Source of the DNA: Candidatus Latescibacterota bacterium
GTDB lineage: Bacteria > Latescibacterota > UBA2968 > UBA8231
Reading direction: 5' to 3'
Length of the DNA: 64,000 nucleotides
Assembly: GCA_965261395.1 (NCBI GenBank)
Contig: OZ253462.1
Span: 4,128,001 to 4,192,000 of the forward strand
In this document: in pieces, positions 20,255 to 30,983 of the stretch
How the letters are laid out: every line of letters starts with the position of its first letter
Numbering within the stretch: position 1 is the first letter of the stretch
Notes under the pieces: model-generated
The model's database searches: none
What the model was told of the DNA's origin: nothing
Seen by the model: the letters and a program-made list of their open reading frames with translations, nothing else
Translations under genes and position numbers: made by a program

Positions 20255-20643
20255 GGTGTCGCCGGATCGATGAGTTGTATTTTGCCCTCGCTCACCAGAT
20301 CGATTGCTCGCTCGATGGGAATGTGTACTACCTGCACTTGTTGGTCAATCCAGCCATAGGAGCCGAGGAGCGCGGCTTCGCTTTGGGCCAACTCGGACTT
20401 TTGCTTTGGCGGGTCCACCTGTAGCCGCGGTGCGTCGCTGACAATGCGGTTGTCGACCAGCGGCGGGACCGGATCGTCGAAGAGCGGCTGGTAATAGGCG
20501 AAAACCCTGAATAAGACGATCATGCTGACAAAGGAAACGATGACTAACGCGGCAATAAAAAGGCCGGTCTGTGCCAGCGGCGTTACCCGCGCATCCGTCG
20601 TCTCGTAGCCGGAGTTGGTTTGATTGTGTGCTTGTTCAGCCAT
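20251..20643 (-). CDS. Single-TM ACIII-associated protein (ActG-like position)
   Basis: One TM helix, PRLQ and YGWID...IPIERAI motifs; located between actF and sco. Confidence 0.65.
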   Translation of the reverse strand: MAEQAHNQTNSGYETTDARVTPLAQTGLFIAALVIVSFVSMIVLFRVFAYYQPLFDDPVPPLVDNRIVSDAPRLQVDPPKQKSELAQSEAALLGSYGWIDQQVQVVHIPIERAIDLVSEGKIQLIDPATP

Positions 20644-21871
20644 GATTGCTTTCGCCGCTGTAGAGGTCTGCAAAGCGGGGGTCGTTTTGCGCGATCAGGG
20701 AGCGTTTTTTTAGTTGCGCGAAGAAAAGCGCAATGACGATGCCGCCGATGCCTATTGGAATGGCTAGGTCGAGCCAGTGTAGGGTGATCCCGGTGCTGTG
20801 GAAGCTCGGCCCCTTCTCGGCGTGGACCTTGGTAAAGGCCGGTGCCGTGATCCAGTACAAATCGACCAAGCGCATCAAAATCAAGCCGGCGGCAATGGTG
20901 CCGAGGAGCTTGGTTTTGGACTTCATGGTGCTGGATATGAGAAACAGAAAGGGGACGGCAAAGTGAAACAGCAGCAGCCCGTAGGCGATGTATTGCCAGC
21001 CACCCTCCAAACGGGTCATGTACCAGGTGATCTCCTCGGGCAAATTAGCCGACCAGATGATGATCAACTGGGAAAACGAAGTGTATGCCCAGAGCATGAC
21101 GCAGGCTAGCATAAAGGTGCCCAAGTCGCGCAGGTGCTGCTCGGTGATCACGCCCTGTAGCGGTTCCTGCCGCGAGAGGGGGACGGCGATGAGGTACGTG
21201 AACCCCCAGGCCATCAGCCCCATGCCTATGATGTAGATGATGCCGAAGATCGTCGAGAACCAATGCGGCTCAAGCGACATCAGCCAATCAATCGAGGCTA
21301 GCGTCGCGGTAAGAAAGAAAATGACGATGCCGGGCCCGCTCAGGACCTGCAAGCGGTGGGTCGGGTGGGTTGCCGTCGTTTGATCCTGCTGCAGCGACCA
21401 GCGGTTGAGCAAGAAGGTAAACAGTCCCCAGATGGCGAAGTAGAGCACGGTGCGTACGATAAAGAAAGGCTCGTTGAGATAGGGGACCTTTTGCTTGAGG
21501 ATGTCGTCTTCTTGCACTACGCTCTGGTGCGTCCACTCGTAGAGGTCGTGCAGTCCGAAGAAGAGGATCGGCAGCGATAGCAGAAACATCAGCGGCAAGG
21601 TACGGGTCCCGGCTTCGAGCAAGCGCCGAATCGAAAACCCCCAAGTGCCACCGCCGACGTGGTGGATCATGAGGATGCCCATGCAGCCCAAGGGCAGGCC
21701 GATCCAGAAGGTAAAGGCCAGCAAATAAGAGCGGAAGAACTGCTCCTCGGCGGTGAAGTAGCCGACCGCAGTGGCGGCCAAGCCGACCAAGCCCACGACC
21801 AGCGCGCGACGCTGGAGGTTGTCTAAATAAGGATGTAGGGCAGCGGACTGTTGGGTAATCGACTCGTTCAT
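20636..21871 (-). CDS. actF: Alternative complex III membrane subunit ActF
   Basis: Multi-TM; DWLMSLEPHWFSTIFG and SQLIIIWSANLPEE motifs. Confidence 0.9.
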   Translation of the reverse strand: MNESITQQSAALHPYLDNLQRRALVVGLVGLAATAVGYFTAEEQFFRSYLLAFTFWIGLPLGCMGILMIHHVGGGTWGFSIRRLLEAGTRTLPLMFLLSLPILFFGLHDLYEWTHQSVVQEDDILKQKVPYLNEPFFIVRTVLYFAIWGLFTFLLNRWSLQQDQTTATHPTHRLQVLSGPGIVIFFLTATLASIDWLMSLEPHWFSTIFGIIYIIGMGLMAWGFTYLIAVPLSRQEPLQGVITEQHLRDLGTFMLACVMLWAYTSFSQLIIIWSANLPEEITWYMTRLEGGWQYIAYGLLLFHFAVPFLFLISSTMKSKTKLLGTIAAGLILMRLVDLYWITAPAFTKVHAEKGPSFHSTGITLHWLDLAIPIGIGGIVIALFFAQLKKRSLIAQNDPRFADLYSGESNHG

Positions 21872-22452
21872 TGAAGTTGCCTTTGGTCCTCGGCCGGCAA
21901 TTGGTCGAATTCGAGGTTCTGACTTAGCTGTAGCACCTTGATATAGGCGACGATGGCCCAGCGGTCGGCCACGGGAATGCGGGAGGCGTAGCTATACATG
22001 ACGCCAAAGCCGTTGGTCATGACATCGAAAAAGTGGCCGACGGGCACTTCGCGCAGCCGCTCTTGGTGATAACTTGGCGGCTGTTTAAGCCCCCGCTGGA
22101 CGATCATGCCGTTACCTGAGCCGGTCTTGTCGTGGCAGGGGGAGCAGAAAATGTTGAAGCGTTCCCTGCCGCGTTCTAGTAGCTGGCGGTCAACTGCCAT
22201 CGGCAAGGTCGCCGCGAGTTGGCCTTGTATTTTGCCTTGGTAGAAGTGCTCGTCGAGCCTTAATTGGCCCTGCGCCACGGTGCCGTCAACCTGTGAGCGG
22301 AAAGACATGCCGTCGGCGAAGAAGGCTGAGGCCTCTAGCGGCTCGTATTTTTCTTGGTCGTACATGGCCTGCCGCAGCTCGCAACCGGCGGTGCCAATCA
22401 GCAACAGCACCGCTCCCAACAGGGCCGCGGGCCGTCGGCTAGCGATGGTCAT
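21868..22452 (-). CDS. actE: Alternative complex III monoheme cytochrome c lipoprotein ActE
   Basis: TAGC lipobox, CSPCH heme motif, DRWAIVAY. Confidence 0.88.
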   Translation of the reverse strand: MTIASRRPAALLGAVLLLIGTAGCELRQAMYDQEKYEPLEASAFFADGMSFRSQVDGTVAQGQLRLDEHFYQGKIQGQLAATLPMAVDRQLLERGRERFNIFCSPCHDKTGSGNGMIVQRGLKQPPSYHQERLREVPVGHFFDVMTNGFGVMYSYASRIPVADRWAIVAYIKVLQLSQNLEFDQLPAEDQRQLQ

Positions 22453-22453
22453 T

Positions 22454-22999
22454 TCACTTTTCAACTTCGACAACCTCATGCGGATTCAGGCCGCGCAGAA
22501 AGTCCTCGGTTTTTTGGCGGTCGAACAGGGGATCCTCGGCCTCGATGCTGAGAAAGAAGCGATCTTGGCTGGCGCGGGCGAAATTGGGCGCGTTGAAGAC
22601 CGGGTGATAGAGCTGGGGCAGACCGTTGGCGATGAACATGCCAAAGGCCGAACTAAGCGCGGCAAAGAGAATGGTCAACTCAAAGGTCACCGGGATGAAC
22701 ATCGGCCCGCTGTGCAAGGGCTTGCCGGCGATATTGAGCGGATAGTCTACGGCCGAGACCCAATAGCACAGGGAGTAGCCCGTGATGGCACCGAGCAGGC
22801 CAAAGGCGAAAACCAGCCAGGGTAACTTGGTGCGTGGAAAGCCGATGGCCGCGCCCAAGCCGTGGATGGGCATGGGCGAATAGCCGTCGATCTTGCGATA
22901 GCCAGCGGCGAAGGTCGCCTTGGCCGCGGCCAGCAAGTCGTCGGGGGATTCAAATTCGGCCAGCAGGCCGTAGTGCGTTGATTCTTCGTGCTGCAACAT
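22454..22999 (-). CDS. actD: Alternative complex III subunit ActD (DUF3341)
   Basis: YSPMPIHG, GKP and FELTILF motifs. Confidence 0.9.
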   Translation of the reverse strand: MLQHEESTHYGLLAEFESPDDLLAAAKATFAAGYRKIDGYSPMPIHGLGAAIGFPRTKLPWLVFAFGLLGAITGYSLCYWVSAVDYPLNIAGKPLHSGPMFIPVTFELTILFAALSSAFGMFIANGLPQLYHPVFNAPNFARASQDRFFLSIEAEDPLFDRQKTEDFLRGLNPHEVVEVEK

Positions 23000-23011
23000 A
23001 AGTTCAATGGC

Positions 23012-24385
23012 TCACTTGTGGTCTCCAGAGGCCAGCAGATTGCGGATCTCGTGGATGGAAATCATCGGTAGGCCGCGGATGAACAGAAAAAACAGGACGA
23101 TGAACAGGCCTATGGTCCCCACGTAGATGGCGATGTCCCAAATCGTCGGGTGGAACATGTCCCAAGAAGAGGGCATAAAATCCCGGTGTAGGCTCGTGAC
23201 GACGATGATAAAGCGCTCTAACCACATGCCGACGTTGATGAACTGAGAAATGAAAAATAGCCAGAACATGCTCGTGCGGAAGTGCCTAAACCACAGGAGC
23301 TGCGGCACGATTATGTTGCAGACAATCAAGGCCCAGTAGAAGGGGCCGTACGGGCCATGCATGCGGTTTTGCATCATATAGCCCTCGAAGGCACTAGCGC
23401 TGTACCAGGCGATGAGTTGCTCCATGAAGTAGCCATAGCCCACAATCAGCCCGGAAGCCAACATGACTTTGGCCATGTTGTTTAGATGGCGCTCGGTTAT
23501 GAAGTCGTCCAAGCCATAGATGAGGCGCATGGGGATCATCAAGGTCAGCACCATGGCAAAGCCCGCGTAGATTGCCCCGGCAACGAAATAGGGGGGGAAT
23601 ATGGTCGTGTGCCACCCGGGTATCAGGCTGACGGCAAAGTCGAGACTGACGATGCTGTGGACAGAGAGCACGAGGGGCGTGGAGAGGCCGGCCAGCAGGA
23701 GGGACGCCATTTCGTAGCGCTCCCAGTGAATGGCCGAGCCGCGCCAGCCGAGCGCGAACACGCCGTAGAGGACTTGGGCGATGCGATTTTTGGCGCGGTC
23801 GCGCAGGCTCGCCAAGTCTGGGACCAAGCCAACAAACCAAAAGACCAGCGACACCGTCAAATAGGTCGAGACCGCGAAGACGTCCCAGATCAGCGGGCTG
23901 CGGAACTGTGGCCAGATGTCCATGGAGTTGGGATAGGGCAACAGCCAATAGCAGGCCAACCAGGGCCGCCCCGTGTGAAAGAGCGGAAACTGCGCGGCGC
24001 AGAGCACGGCAAAGATGGTCATGGCCTCTGCCGCGCGGTTTATTGAGGTGCGCCACCGCTGCCGGAACAGCAGGAGAATCGCCGAGATCAGGGTACCGGC
24101 GTGACCGATACCGATCCACCAGACAAAATTGATGATGGCCCAACCCCAGCCCACCGGGTTGTTGAGGCCCCAGATGCCCACGCCCTCAAAGAGCAGGTAG
24201 GGAACGCCTATCATGAACCCGTGCAGCAGCAGAAAGCCCACAGCAAAGCAGAGGAACCACGCCAGCGGGGTGTTTCTGGTGAGGACGATCCCACTGATCT
24301 TGTCGGTTATTGAGGTGTACGAGGTCTGGCTCGGGCCGAGTTCCGACACTGGGGGGCGATAAGGCGTTTTCGCAGTCTCGGACAT
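23012..24385 (-). CDS. actC: Alternative complex III quinol-binding subunit ActC (NrfD/PsrC family)
   Basis: [25 protein letters not shown] and WDVFAV motifs. Confidence 0.95.
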   Translation of the reverse strand: MSETAKTPYRPPVSELGPSQTSYTSITDKISGIVLTRNTPLAWFLCFAVGFLLLHGFMIGVPYLLFEGVGIWGLNNPVGWGWAIINFVWWIGIGHAGTLISAILLLFRQRWRTSINRAAEAMTIFAVLCAAQFPLFHTGRPWLACYWLLPYPNSMDIWPQFRSPLIWDVFAVSTYLTVSLVFWFVGLVPDLASLRDRAKNRIAQVLYGVFALGWRGSAIHWERYEMASLLLAGLSTPLVLSVHSIVSLDFAVSLIPGWHTTIFPPYFVAGAIYAGFAMVLTLMIPMRLIYGLDDFITERHLNNMAKVMLASGLIVGYGYFMEQLIAWYSASAFEGYMMQNRMHGPYGPFYWALIVCNIIVPQLLWFRHFRTSMFWLFFISQFINVGMWLERFIIVVTSLHRDFMPSSWDMFHPTIWDIAIYVGTIGLFIVLFFLFIRGLPMISIHEIRNLLASGDHK

Positions 24386-24386
24386 C

Positions 24387-27368
24387 CTAAGCCTCAGCAA
24401 TTTTTGGATTGGGGTTTTTGATACCTGCTAAATAGGTGGTGCGAGGCCGCGTGTTTAACTCGGTTAGGATGCCGTAGTTGAGCGGGGACTCCTTGAGGGC
24501 GGTGACCCGGCTCTCGGGGTCGTTGATGTCTCCGAAGACGATGGCTTCGGTGGGGCAGGCCTGTTCGCAGGCGGTGGTGATCTCACCGTCGCCTATGGTC
24601 CGACTGGCTTTTTTGGCCTCAATCCGCGCTTGATTGATGCGCTGGACGCAGTACGTGCATTTTTCCATTACGCCGCGGGAGCGCGTGGTGACATCCGGGT
24701 TGCGCTGTAGTTTTAAGCTCTCGGTATCACGGTCGGCGTATTGGAGGAAGTTGAAGCGCCGAACCTTGTAGGGGCAGTTGTTGGCGCAGTAGCGGGTGCC
24801 GACGCAGCGATTGTAAACCATGTCGTTGAGGCCCTCGTCGCTATGAGTTGTCGCCGCGACCGGGCAAACCAATTCGCAAGGGGCGTTTTCGCACTGCATG
24901 CACGGCACGGGCTGGTGCACGATCTGGGGGTTGTCGAGCGAACCCTTGTAGTAGCGATCGATGCGGATCCAAGGCATTTCGCGGCCGTTGAGGACCTCGT
25001 CCTTGCCCACGATGGGGATGTTGTTTTCGGCTTGGCAGGCCGTCGCACACGCATTGCAGCCAGTGCAGGCCCCTAGATCGATGACCATCCCCCAGGCGTA
25101 ACCCGTGTATTGGTGATCTGTGCGGTTGTGCAGCGTCAAGTCATCGGGCGGGTCGTGGGCACCCTCGTGGGCAAAGTGCGGATGCTCCTTATAGTAGTCC
25201 AGCGAGGCTTGGCGGACGAAGTTGCGGCCCTCCATGGTCTGGTGATCTTGGGTGCAGGCGAGGCGATAGCCGTCGTACGAGCCGTTGATCTGTAGGCCGA
25301 CGCCGCTCCACAAGGCTGCCGTAGGGCGCAGGGCATAGGCATTGAAGCCCGTGTCGCGCCCGACTCGGCCACTGCGCTGCTGGCCGTAGCCCAAGTGCAA
25401 GGTGACGACGCCGTCGGCTTGGCCGGGCACGATCCAAACCGCGGCATTGATTGCGCGCCCATCAAAGCGCAACTCGGCGAGGAATTCTTTCTTAAGCCGC
25501 AGGCGCTCGGCCGTGGCCGGGCTGACGAGGGCGGCGTTGTCCCAAGTTAGCTTGGTGATGGGCTTCGGGGTTTCTTGGAGCCAAGCGTTGTTGGCAAAGC
25601 GGCCGTCCCACACTAGGGGATCGGGCCGAAAGTGGATTTCAAGATCTTCTTCGGCGGGAAGGTTTCCAGTTGTTGTCGGCAGGTGCAGCGGACCTAGCTG
25701 CACGGATTGGGCTTGGGGGCGTGCGCCCTCGACGAAGCCGTCATGCAGTGCGCGGCGCCAAGCAATGGCGTCTAGCCCTTGGCCCTCCCAGTACTGGCGC
25801 ACGATTTCGAGATCGGGGACCCCGGGCTGGCCGGTGAGCACCGCCAAGAGGTCGTGCACTGATTTGCTCTTGTAGAGCGGGCGAATCAGCGGCTGGACGA
25901 TCGTGGCGAGGCCGTCGTGGGCGCGGGTGTCGCTCCAAGCTTCGAGAAAATGCGATTCCGGGATGTGCCAGTGGCAGAGTTCCGACGTTTCGTTGTCGTA
26001 CAGGCCGAGGTGAACGCGGTAGCCGACTTTGTCGAGCGCAGCAGCAAAGCCGAGATCCACGGGCGCGTCGTACACCGGATTGCCGCCGAGGATGAACAGG
26101 GACTCGACTTGGCCGGCGTTCATGTCGGTGACTAAAGCGGACAGCGACTCGCGCTGGTCTACCGACTCAATTTCGAGGGGCTCGGTGTAGTGTACGGTTG
26201 CGCCTGCATTGCCTAGGGCGTGGTTGATCGCATGGGCCAACGCGTGGACGGCTGGGGCCTGCTGGTCTCCAGCGAGCACGAGGCTTTGGCCTCGGTGGGC
26301 CTTTAGATCGTCGACTAGGGCCGCAATCCAAGCGTCGTGGGTGGAGAAGTCAGTGGGAACGCTCGGTCCCTCCCAGCCGATGCCAAGCTCTTGGGCCACC
26401 TTCAGGGCCAAGGCTTCGATGTGTGCCGTGCCCAGGGCCAAGCGGTGATCGGCTACGCTGCCCGTGGCCGTTGGGCTGCTCTCGACCGCGTAGAGTCGGT
26501 TGCTGGCCTTGGAGCCGTCGCGGACCCTGCGACCGGCCGCGAAATCTCGAGCGTGGCGGACATTGCCGGCACCGCTGTAGGTAAAGTCCGCGTCCAGCGA
26601 TAGAATGACCTTGGCTTTGGCTAAGTCGTAAGACGCATGGACCGGCTCGCCAAACGCCATTTGGGCCCCGGCGCGAGCGTTGTCGCGATTGACCGGTTCG
26701 TACTGGTGCCACTGGGCTTGGGGAAATTTGTCCCGCAGGGCCTGCAACTGGTGCCCGAGAGTCGGAGAAGTCACCGTTTGGGTCAGGATGCGCAGGCCAG
26801 CGCCGCCGTTGGCCTCGTGCGCGCTCAGCCGCTGGGTCAGATCGGCTAGGAAGATGCTCCAAGCGCTGATGCGACCGGCGTTTTTGATCGTTTGCGAGCG
26901 GTCGGGGTCGTAGAGGTCGAGGATCGAAGCCTGGACGAGCGCATTGGAGCCTTTGCTACCGGAGGGATGCGCGGCGTTGCCTTCGATTTTAGTCGGCCGC
27001 CCCATGTGGCTCTCGACCAAAATGCCCATTCCAATACCCCCAAGCGAGGTGGCGGAAGCAAAGTACTGAGGCTTGCCGGGGATGACATCTTCGGGGGCTC
27101 TGACCTGGGGGACGATTTTTTCTCTGGGCTGAATCGTACAGCCCGAAAGCCCGCCCAGTGCCAGCGATGCACTCATGAGCTTGAGAAAATTCCGCCGACT
27201 TACCGGATCCTTCAACTCGGCAGCTTGCTCGGGGAACTCGCGCTGGACCATGGCGGCGAATTCTTCGGTTTGGGCCAATTGGTCCAAGCTGCGCCAGTAC
27301 TCTTGACCCTGTGCGTCTTCGAGGCGGGCGCGGATGGCCGAGAGATCGATGTTTTTTCTGGTTTCCAT
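24387..27368 (-). CDS. actB: Alternative complex III subunit ActB (molybdopterin-oxidoreductase-like plus Fe-S domain, Tat-exported)
   Basis: YWRSL, SRRNFLK Tat motif; C-terminal [24 protein letters not shown] and EKCTYC Fe-S motifs. Confidence 0.95.
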   Translation of the reverse strand: METRKNIDLSAIRARLEDAQGQEYWRSLDQLAQTEEFAAMVQREFPEQAAELKDPVSRRNFLKLMSASLALGGLSGCTIQPREKIVPQVRAPEDVIPGKPQYFASATSLGGIGMGILVESHMGRPTKIEGNAAHPSGSKGSNALVQASILDLYDPDRSQTIKNAGRISAWSIFLADLTQRLSAHEANGGAGLRILTQTVTSPTLGHQLQALRDKFPQAQWHQYEPVNRDNARAGAQMAFGEPVHASYDLAKAKVILSLDADFTYSGAGNVRHARDFAAGRRVRDGSKASNRLYAVESSPTATGSVADHRLALGTAHIEALALKVAQELGIGWEGPSVPTDFSTHDAWIAALVDDLKAHRGQSLVLAGDQQAPAVHALAHAINHALGNAGATVHYTEPLEIESVDQRESLSALVTDMNAGQVESLFILGGNPVYDAPVDLGFAAALDKVGYRVHLGLYDNETSELCHWHIPESHFLEAWSDTRAHDGLATIVQPLIRPLYKSKSVHDLLAVLTGQPGVPDLEIVRQYWEGQGLDAIAWRRALHDGFVEGARPQAQSVQLGPLHLPTTTGNLPAEEDLEIHFRPDPLVWDGRFANNAWLQETPKPITKLTWDNAALVSPATAERLRLKKEFLAELRFDGRAINAAVWIVPGQADGVVTLHLGYGQQRSGRVGRDTGFNAYALRPTAALWSGVGLQINGSYDGYRLACTQDHQTMEGRNFVRQASLDYYKEHPHFAHEGAHDPPDDLTLHNRTDHQYTGYAWGMVIDLGACTGCNACATACQAENNIPIVGKDEVLNGREMPWIRIDRYYKGSLDNPQIVHQPVPCMQCENAPCELVCPVAATTHSDEGLNDMVYNRCVGTRYCANNCPYKVRRFNFLQYADRDTESLKLQRNPDVTTRSRGVMEKCTYCVQRINQARIEAKKASRTIGDGEITTACEQACPTEAIVFGDINDPESRVTALKESPLNYGILTELNTRPRTTYLAGIKNPNPKIAEA

Positions 27369-27371
27369 GTT

Positions 27372-28028
27372 TTAGCGATGGCAGATAGAGCAGTTGGTGA
27401 GTTGGCTGGTCTGCACGCCGTATTCGGCGACGAGTTGCGCACCCAAGCTTTCTTGGTCGGCTGGATACTGGTAGTTCATGTTAAAGACGTGGTCGCGCGG
27501 GCGGATGTACTGGGCGGGATCGCGGTGGCAATCGAGGCACCACTCCATATTCAGCGATTCGGCTTTCCACATCAGGGGCATTTGATCGACTTGGCCGTGG
27601 CACGACTGGCAGCCAATGCCTTGGCTGACGTGGATGCTGTGGTTGAAATAGGCGAAGTCGGGCAAGTCGTGGACGCGATTCCACTCGAGGGGCACATTGT
27701 CACGGAAGCTGGCGCGCACGGGCTCGAGGATGGGGGCTTCGGTCCAGATCTGCGAGTGGCAGGTCATGCAGGTTTCGGTCGGGGGAATGCCGGCAAAAGC
27801 GCTTACCTCGACGGTGGTGTGGCAATAGCGGCAGTCGATGCCCATGCCGGTGACGTGGTGTTTGTGGCTAAAGGGAACGGGCTGATCGATGGCCACGTTG
27901 ACTTGGTTGACAAAGTAAATGCGATTGATGTTGAGTACGATACCGAGGATACTGGCGACTAGGACAAGGCCGACGAGGATGCTGGCCTTAGAAGCCCAGT
28001 TAGCACTGCGCGGGAATACTTGAGCCAT
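27372..28028 (-). CDS. actA: Alternative complex III pentaheme cytochrome c ActA
   Basis: Five CxxCH motifs (CRYCH, CMTCH, CQSCH, CLDCH, CSICH) and an N-terminal TM helix. Confidence 0.93.
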   Translation of the reverse strand: MAQVFPRSANWASKASILVGLVLVASILGIVLNINRIYFVNQVNVAIDQPVPFSHKHHVTGMGIDCRYCHTTVEVSAFAGIPPTETCMTCHSQIWTEAPILEPVRASFRDNVPLEWNRVHDLPDFAYFNHSIHVSQGIGCQSCHGQVDQMPLMWKAESLNMEWCLDCHRDPAQYIRPRDHVFNMNYQYPADQESLGAQLVAEYGVQTSQLTNCSICHR

Positions 28029-28093
28029 ATTTTTCAGTTTAGCTGAGGTTGTAGAAAGCTAGTCTTAGCTTTATTCGGCCAAAACAGTCTTGT

Positions 28094-28121
28094 AAATTAG
28101 GCCAGTTTAATCTGCTGTCAA
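28094..28121 (-). promoter_or_regulatory. Putative sigma70 promoter of the act-cta operon
   Basis: TTGACA-16 nt-TAATTT on the minus strand, about 65 bp upstream of actA. Confidence 0.5.
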
Positions 28122-28214
28122 CAGATTCGGTATAAAAATCCGGAGCGTTTGACTTTGGGTTTCTCGCGGTATGCGGTATAATATGAATAGTGTTCCTTTG
28201 CGTCCCTTCCTATA

Positions 28215-28288
28215 GCCCCCGTAGCTCAGCAGGATAGAGCAACAGATTCCTAATCTGTGGGTCGGCGGTTCGAATCCGCCCGGGGGTA
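28215..28288 (+). tRNA. tRNA-Arg (CCT)
   Basis: GCCCCCG/CGGGGGT acceptor stem, anticodon loop TTCCTAA, GGTTCGAATCC; CCA not encoded. Confidence 0.95.
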
Positions 28289-28395
28289 GTTCATTTCTGC
28301 ACTACCGGCTGCCCCTCAGGCAGTTACGGTCGTGCAGCACATTCCCACCTAGCAGCGAATTATATATAACTCAGGTCAATAGGTTGCGCATTGAG

Positions 28396-29868
28396 ATGAC
28401 AAGGAGTGAAGAGACGCTACAAATCGCCGGTCAAGTCGGAGCCATGCTCGCGGCCTTGGACCGGCTCTCTCCATTCAGCCGGTTGCTCGAACCCGCTGAG
28501 AAGGATTCGTTGCGTTCCCTGCTGCGCTGTGCGCAGGCGTGTGCCGACAGGCTGGTGGCAGGTAAAGAGGCACAGCGCACTGCGGACGAATTGGCCGCGC
28601 AACACCAGCGTTGCTCTGATGCGCTCCTCGCGGCAGCCCTCAACGGAAATTGGGGCGGTGGCGTGCCGGATTTACAAGGACTATTGCTCAATCGGCTCCT
28701 CGATGGCCAACACCCATTTTTGCGTGCTTGCGAAGAGAGATCTCCAGCAGAGGTTCCCGCCGCGCTACGTCAGGTTGGGTGCCGCGATTTGCAAAGTGCC
28801 GCGGCCTTGGCTCATCCCCTTTGGGGGGTATGGCTGCGACTGATTGGCAGCGATGCGGAGCCTTTGGTCCCCGTGCTCGGGGATGGGGTGGAACCGGCAG
28901 CCGTTGACCAACTGAAAGAGCGTTTTGTCCACAGCGAGGATTGGGCTGAGTTGGCTGGGGCGCTCGGATGCTTGATACACGAGCATGGGCGGGGTGTGCT
29001 GCGCCGATTCCCAGCCTTTCGCTTGGTCGGCAAGGGGGCTAAGCCGGTCTTGGAACCCATCCGCCACTTCGCGGAATTTCCCCTCGGCTGGCTGGAGGGC
29101 AACGAAGCGAGAATCCAAGTGCTTGAGGAAAATACGCGCCATCTTCTCGCTGGTTATCGGGCACACAACGCGCTGATCTGGGGTCCGCGAGGCGGTGGCA
29201 AATCGACGCTAATACGGGCCTTGGTGGGAAAGTTCTTTGAGCGCGGCCTACGCGCCATCGAGATCTCCCCGTCTTGCTACCATCTGTTGCCCGATCTCTT
29301 TGCCCTCGTCCGAGGGCGTCGCCAGCGCTTTGTGGGCGTACTGGACAATGTGTCCTTGGGCCGGGGCGACAACAGCCTGCACCTGCTCTCGCGGGTGCTC
29401 GACGGGGGACTCGAAGCGTGCCCGGACAACTTGGTCTTCTATGCGACCTCCAACTACAAGGATTTAGTTGATCGGGAGGGCGAGCGCCCGCAAGGACTGG
29501 GCCAAATGCAACTAGACGACGAGCGCCCCAACCGAGTCAACCAAGGCATTCAGGCCGAATTCTACGACCCCCAACAACTGCAGCGCCTCGATCAGGAGCG
29601 AGCGCTCGACGACCGTTTTGCGCTCAAGGTCTTCCTCGATTTGCCGAGTAGGCAGCAGTATCGCGCTATGGTCCTGTCCTATGCGCGCCGGGCGGGAATC
29701 GATCTGCCGGAAGAAGACTTATTGGCCGCTTTCGAGGTTTGGCGGATGCGACACAGCCACGACTTAGTGTGCGGCCGGACGGCGCGGGACTTCATCGACG
29801 CGTACTTGCCGCAGTACTTGCGCAGCAAGGGCGAGTCAAATCAATCTTCGAGTAGCTCGATCTCGTAA
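28396..29868 (+). CDS. DUF815 family AAA+ ATPase with long N-terminal extension
   Basis: NALIWGPRGGGKS, LDGGLE, FYATSN, DRFAL and GRTARDF motifs. Confidence 0.8.
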   Translation: MTRSEETLQIAGQVGAMLAALDRLSPFSRLLEPAEKDSLRSLLRCAQACADRLVAGKEAQRTADELAAQHQRCSDALLAAALNGNWGGGVPDLQGLLLNRLLDGQHPFLRACEERSPAEVPAALRQVGCRDLQSAAALAHPLWGVWLRLIGSDAEPLVPVLGDGVEPAAVDQLKERFVHSEDWAELAGALGCLIHEHGRGVLRRFPAFRLVGKGAKPVLEPIRHFAEFPLGWLEGNEARIQVLEENTRHLLAGYRAHNALIWGPRGGGKSTLIRALVGKFFERGLRAIEISPSCYHLLPDLFALVRGRRQRFVGVLDNVSLGRGDNSLHLLSRVLDGGLEACPDNLVFYATSNYKDLVDREGERPQGLGQMQLDDERPNRVNQGIQAEFYDPQQLQRLDQERALDDRFALKVFLDLPSRQQYRAMVLSYARRAGIDLPEEDLLAAFEVWRMRHSHDLVCGRTARDFIDAYLPQYLRSKGESNQSSSSSIS

Positions 29869-30218
29869 CCGTCGGGATCGTCGATAAAGGCCATCTTGCG
29901 GCCGCTGGGAAAGGTCGTGCGCCAATCACTAGGCCAGATTTCGATCCCGCTGTTTTCCAACGTGTCGCAAAAGCCGATCAAGTCGGGAACCGCGATCGCG
30001 AGGTGCATGAGATCTTCGGGGACGGCAAGCTGGTAATCGGCGGAATAGGTCAGCTCTAGGGTGTGTTCATTGCCGGGCAGTTCGAGATGGGCGATTTGGT
30101 TGCCAGCGGGCGATTTATCGGAACGGCTCCGGACTTCAAAGCCGAGGTGAGTGCAATACCACTCAATGGAACGATCGAGATCGCCGACGCGGATGCGGGT
30201 GTGCAGGAGGCGGGCCAT
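29841..30218 (-). CDS. VOC/glyoxalase I (lactoylglutathione lyase-like) protein
   Basis: LLHTRIRV, LELTY, HLAI and FIDDPDGYEIEL motifs. Confidence 0.9.
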   Translation of the reverse strand: MARLLHTRIRVGDLDRSIEWYCTHLGFEVRSRSDKSPAGNQIAHLELPGNEHTLELTYSADYQLAVPEDLMHLAIAVPDLIGFCDTLENSGIEIWPSDWRTTFPSGRKMAFIDDPDGYEIELLED

Positions 30219-30344
30219 AGGGACATCCTTTCGCGGGTTGTGTAAATTAATTAAGAGAGGTGCTGCTGTGTGTGCAGGCAGTCCCTTGCGCGGGTTGGAA
30301 CAAGGCGCGTAGATTAAATTGGTCAGGGGGGTAGAAGCGAAAAG

Positions 30345-30431
30345 TGGTGCCGAAGAGAGGACTCGAACCTCCACGGGGTTGCCCCCACATGGTCCTGAAC
30401 CATGCGCGTCTACCAATTTCGCCACTTCGGC
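30345..30431 (-). tRNA. tRNA-Leu (CAG)
   Basis: GCCGAAG acceptor stem, anticodon loop TTCAGGA, long variable arm, encoded CCA. Confidence 0.96.
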
Positions 30432-30503
30432 AAGTGAACAACACAAATTAAGCGCAGGGCTTGCAGCCGTCAAGCTCGTTTCTTTCGTGAAAATAGGCGG
30501 GTT

Positions 30504-30983
30504 ATGGCCAAAACGGAAAATGGTGCCAAGCGCGAGTTAATTGCCGTGCAAAACCGCAAAGCCCGGCACGACTACGAGGTGATGGGCCGCTATGAGACCG
30601 GCATTGTCTTGCTCGGGACGGAAGTCAAGTCACTGCGCGCCGGACGCGCCAACCTCAAGGATAGTTTTGCCTTAGTTGAACGCGGCGAAATTTTCCTGCA
30701 CAACGTCCACATTGCCCAGTACGAGCGAGGCAATAATTTCAACCACGACCCGGAGCGCGTGCGCAAATTGCTCTTGCATCGCAGCGAAATCCGCAGGTTG
30801 ACAGGGAGGACGCAACAACAGGGCCTTACCTTGGTGCCGCTGAAGATCTACTTCAAGCACGGCAGAGCCAAGGTGGAATTGGCTCTAGTCCGCGGCAAGA
30901 AGCAGTTTGACAAGCGCCAGGCTTTGGCCCAACGCCAGGCCGACCGCGACGTCGACCGGGCCCTCAAGGAGCGACACCGGTGA
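30504..30983 (+). CDS. smpB: SsrA-binding protein SmpB
   Basis: [22 protein letters not shown] and GKKQFDKR motifs. Confidence 0.97.
   Translation: MAKTENGAKRELIAVQNRKARHDYEVMGRYETGIVLLGTEVKSLRAGRANLKDSFALVERGEIFLHNVHIAQYERGNNFNHDPERVRKLLLHRSEIRRLTGRTQQQGLTLVPLKIYFKHGRAKVELALVRGKKQFDKRQALAQRQADRDVDRALKERHR

Noticed and set aside
26892-27962. 356-aa plus-strand ORF and similar long antisense ORFs (e.g. 614..1480, 45777..46784)
   Set aside because: Shadow ORFs opposite well-supported genes; no motifs or RBS
28149-28182. TTGACT...TATAAT promoter for tRNA-Arg
   Set aside because: 22-nt spacer is too long for these two boxes to pair; only the -10 is credible
28215-30431. tRNA-anchored genomic island
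   Set aside because: No integrase, and no duplicated tRNA 3' end noticed by eye for any of the three tRNAs
30219-30473. N-terminal extension of the 210-aa ORF 29841..30473
   Set aside because: It is a read-through of tRNA-Leu; the glyoxalase starts at 30218
30432-30503. tmRNA next to smpB
   Set aside because: No space and no tmRNA termini seen in the flanks
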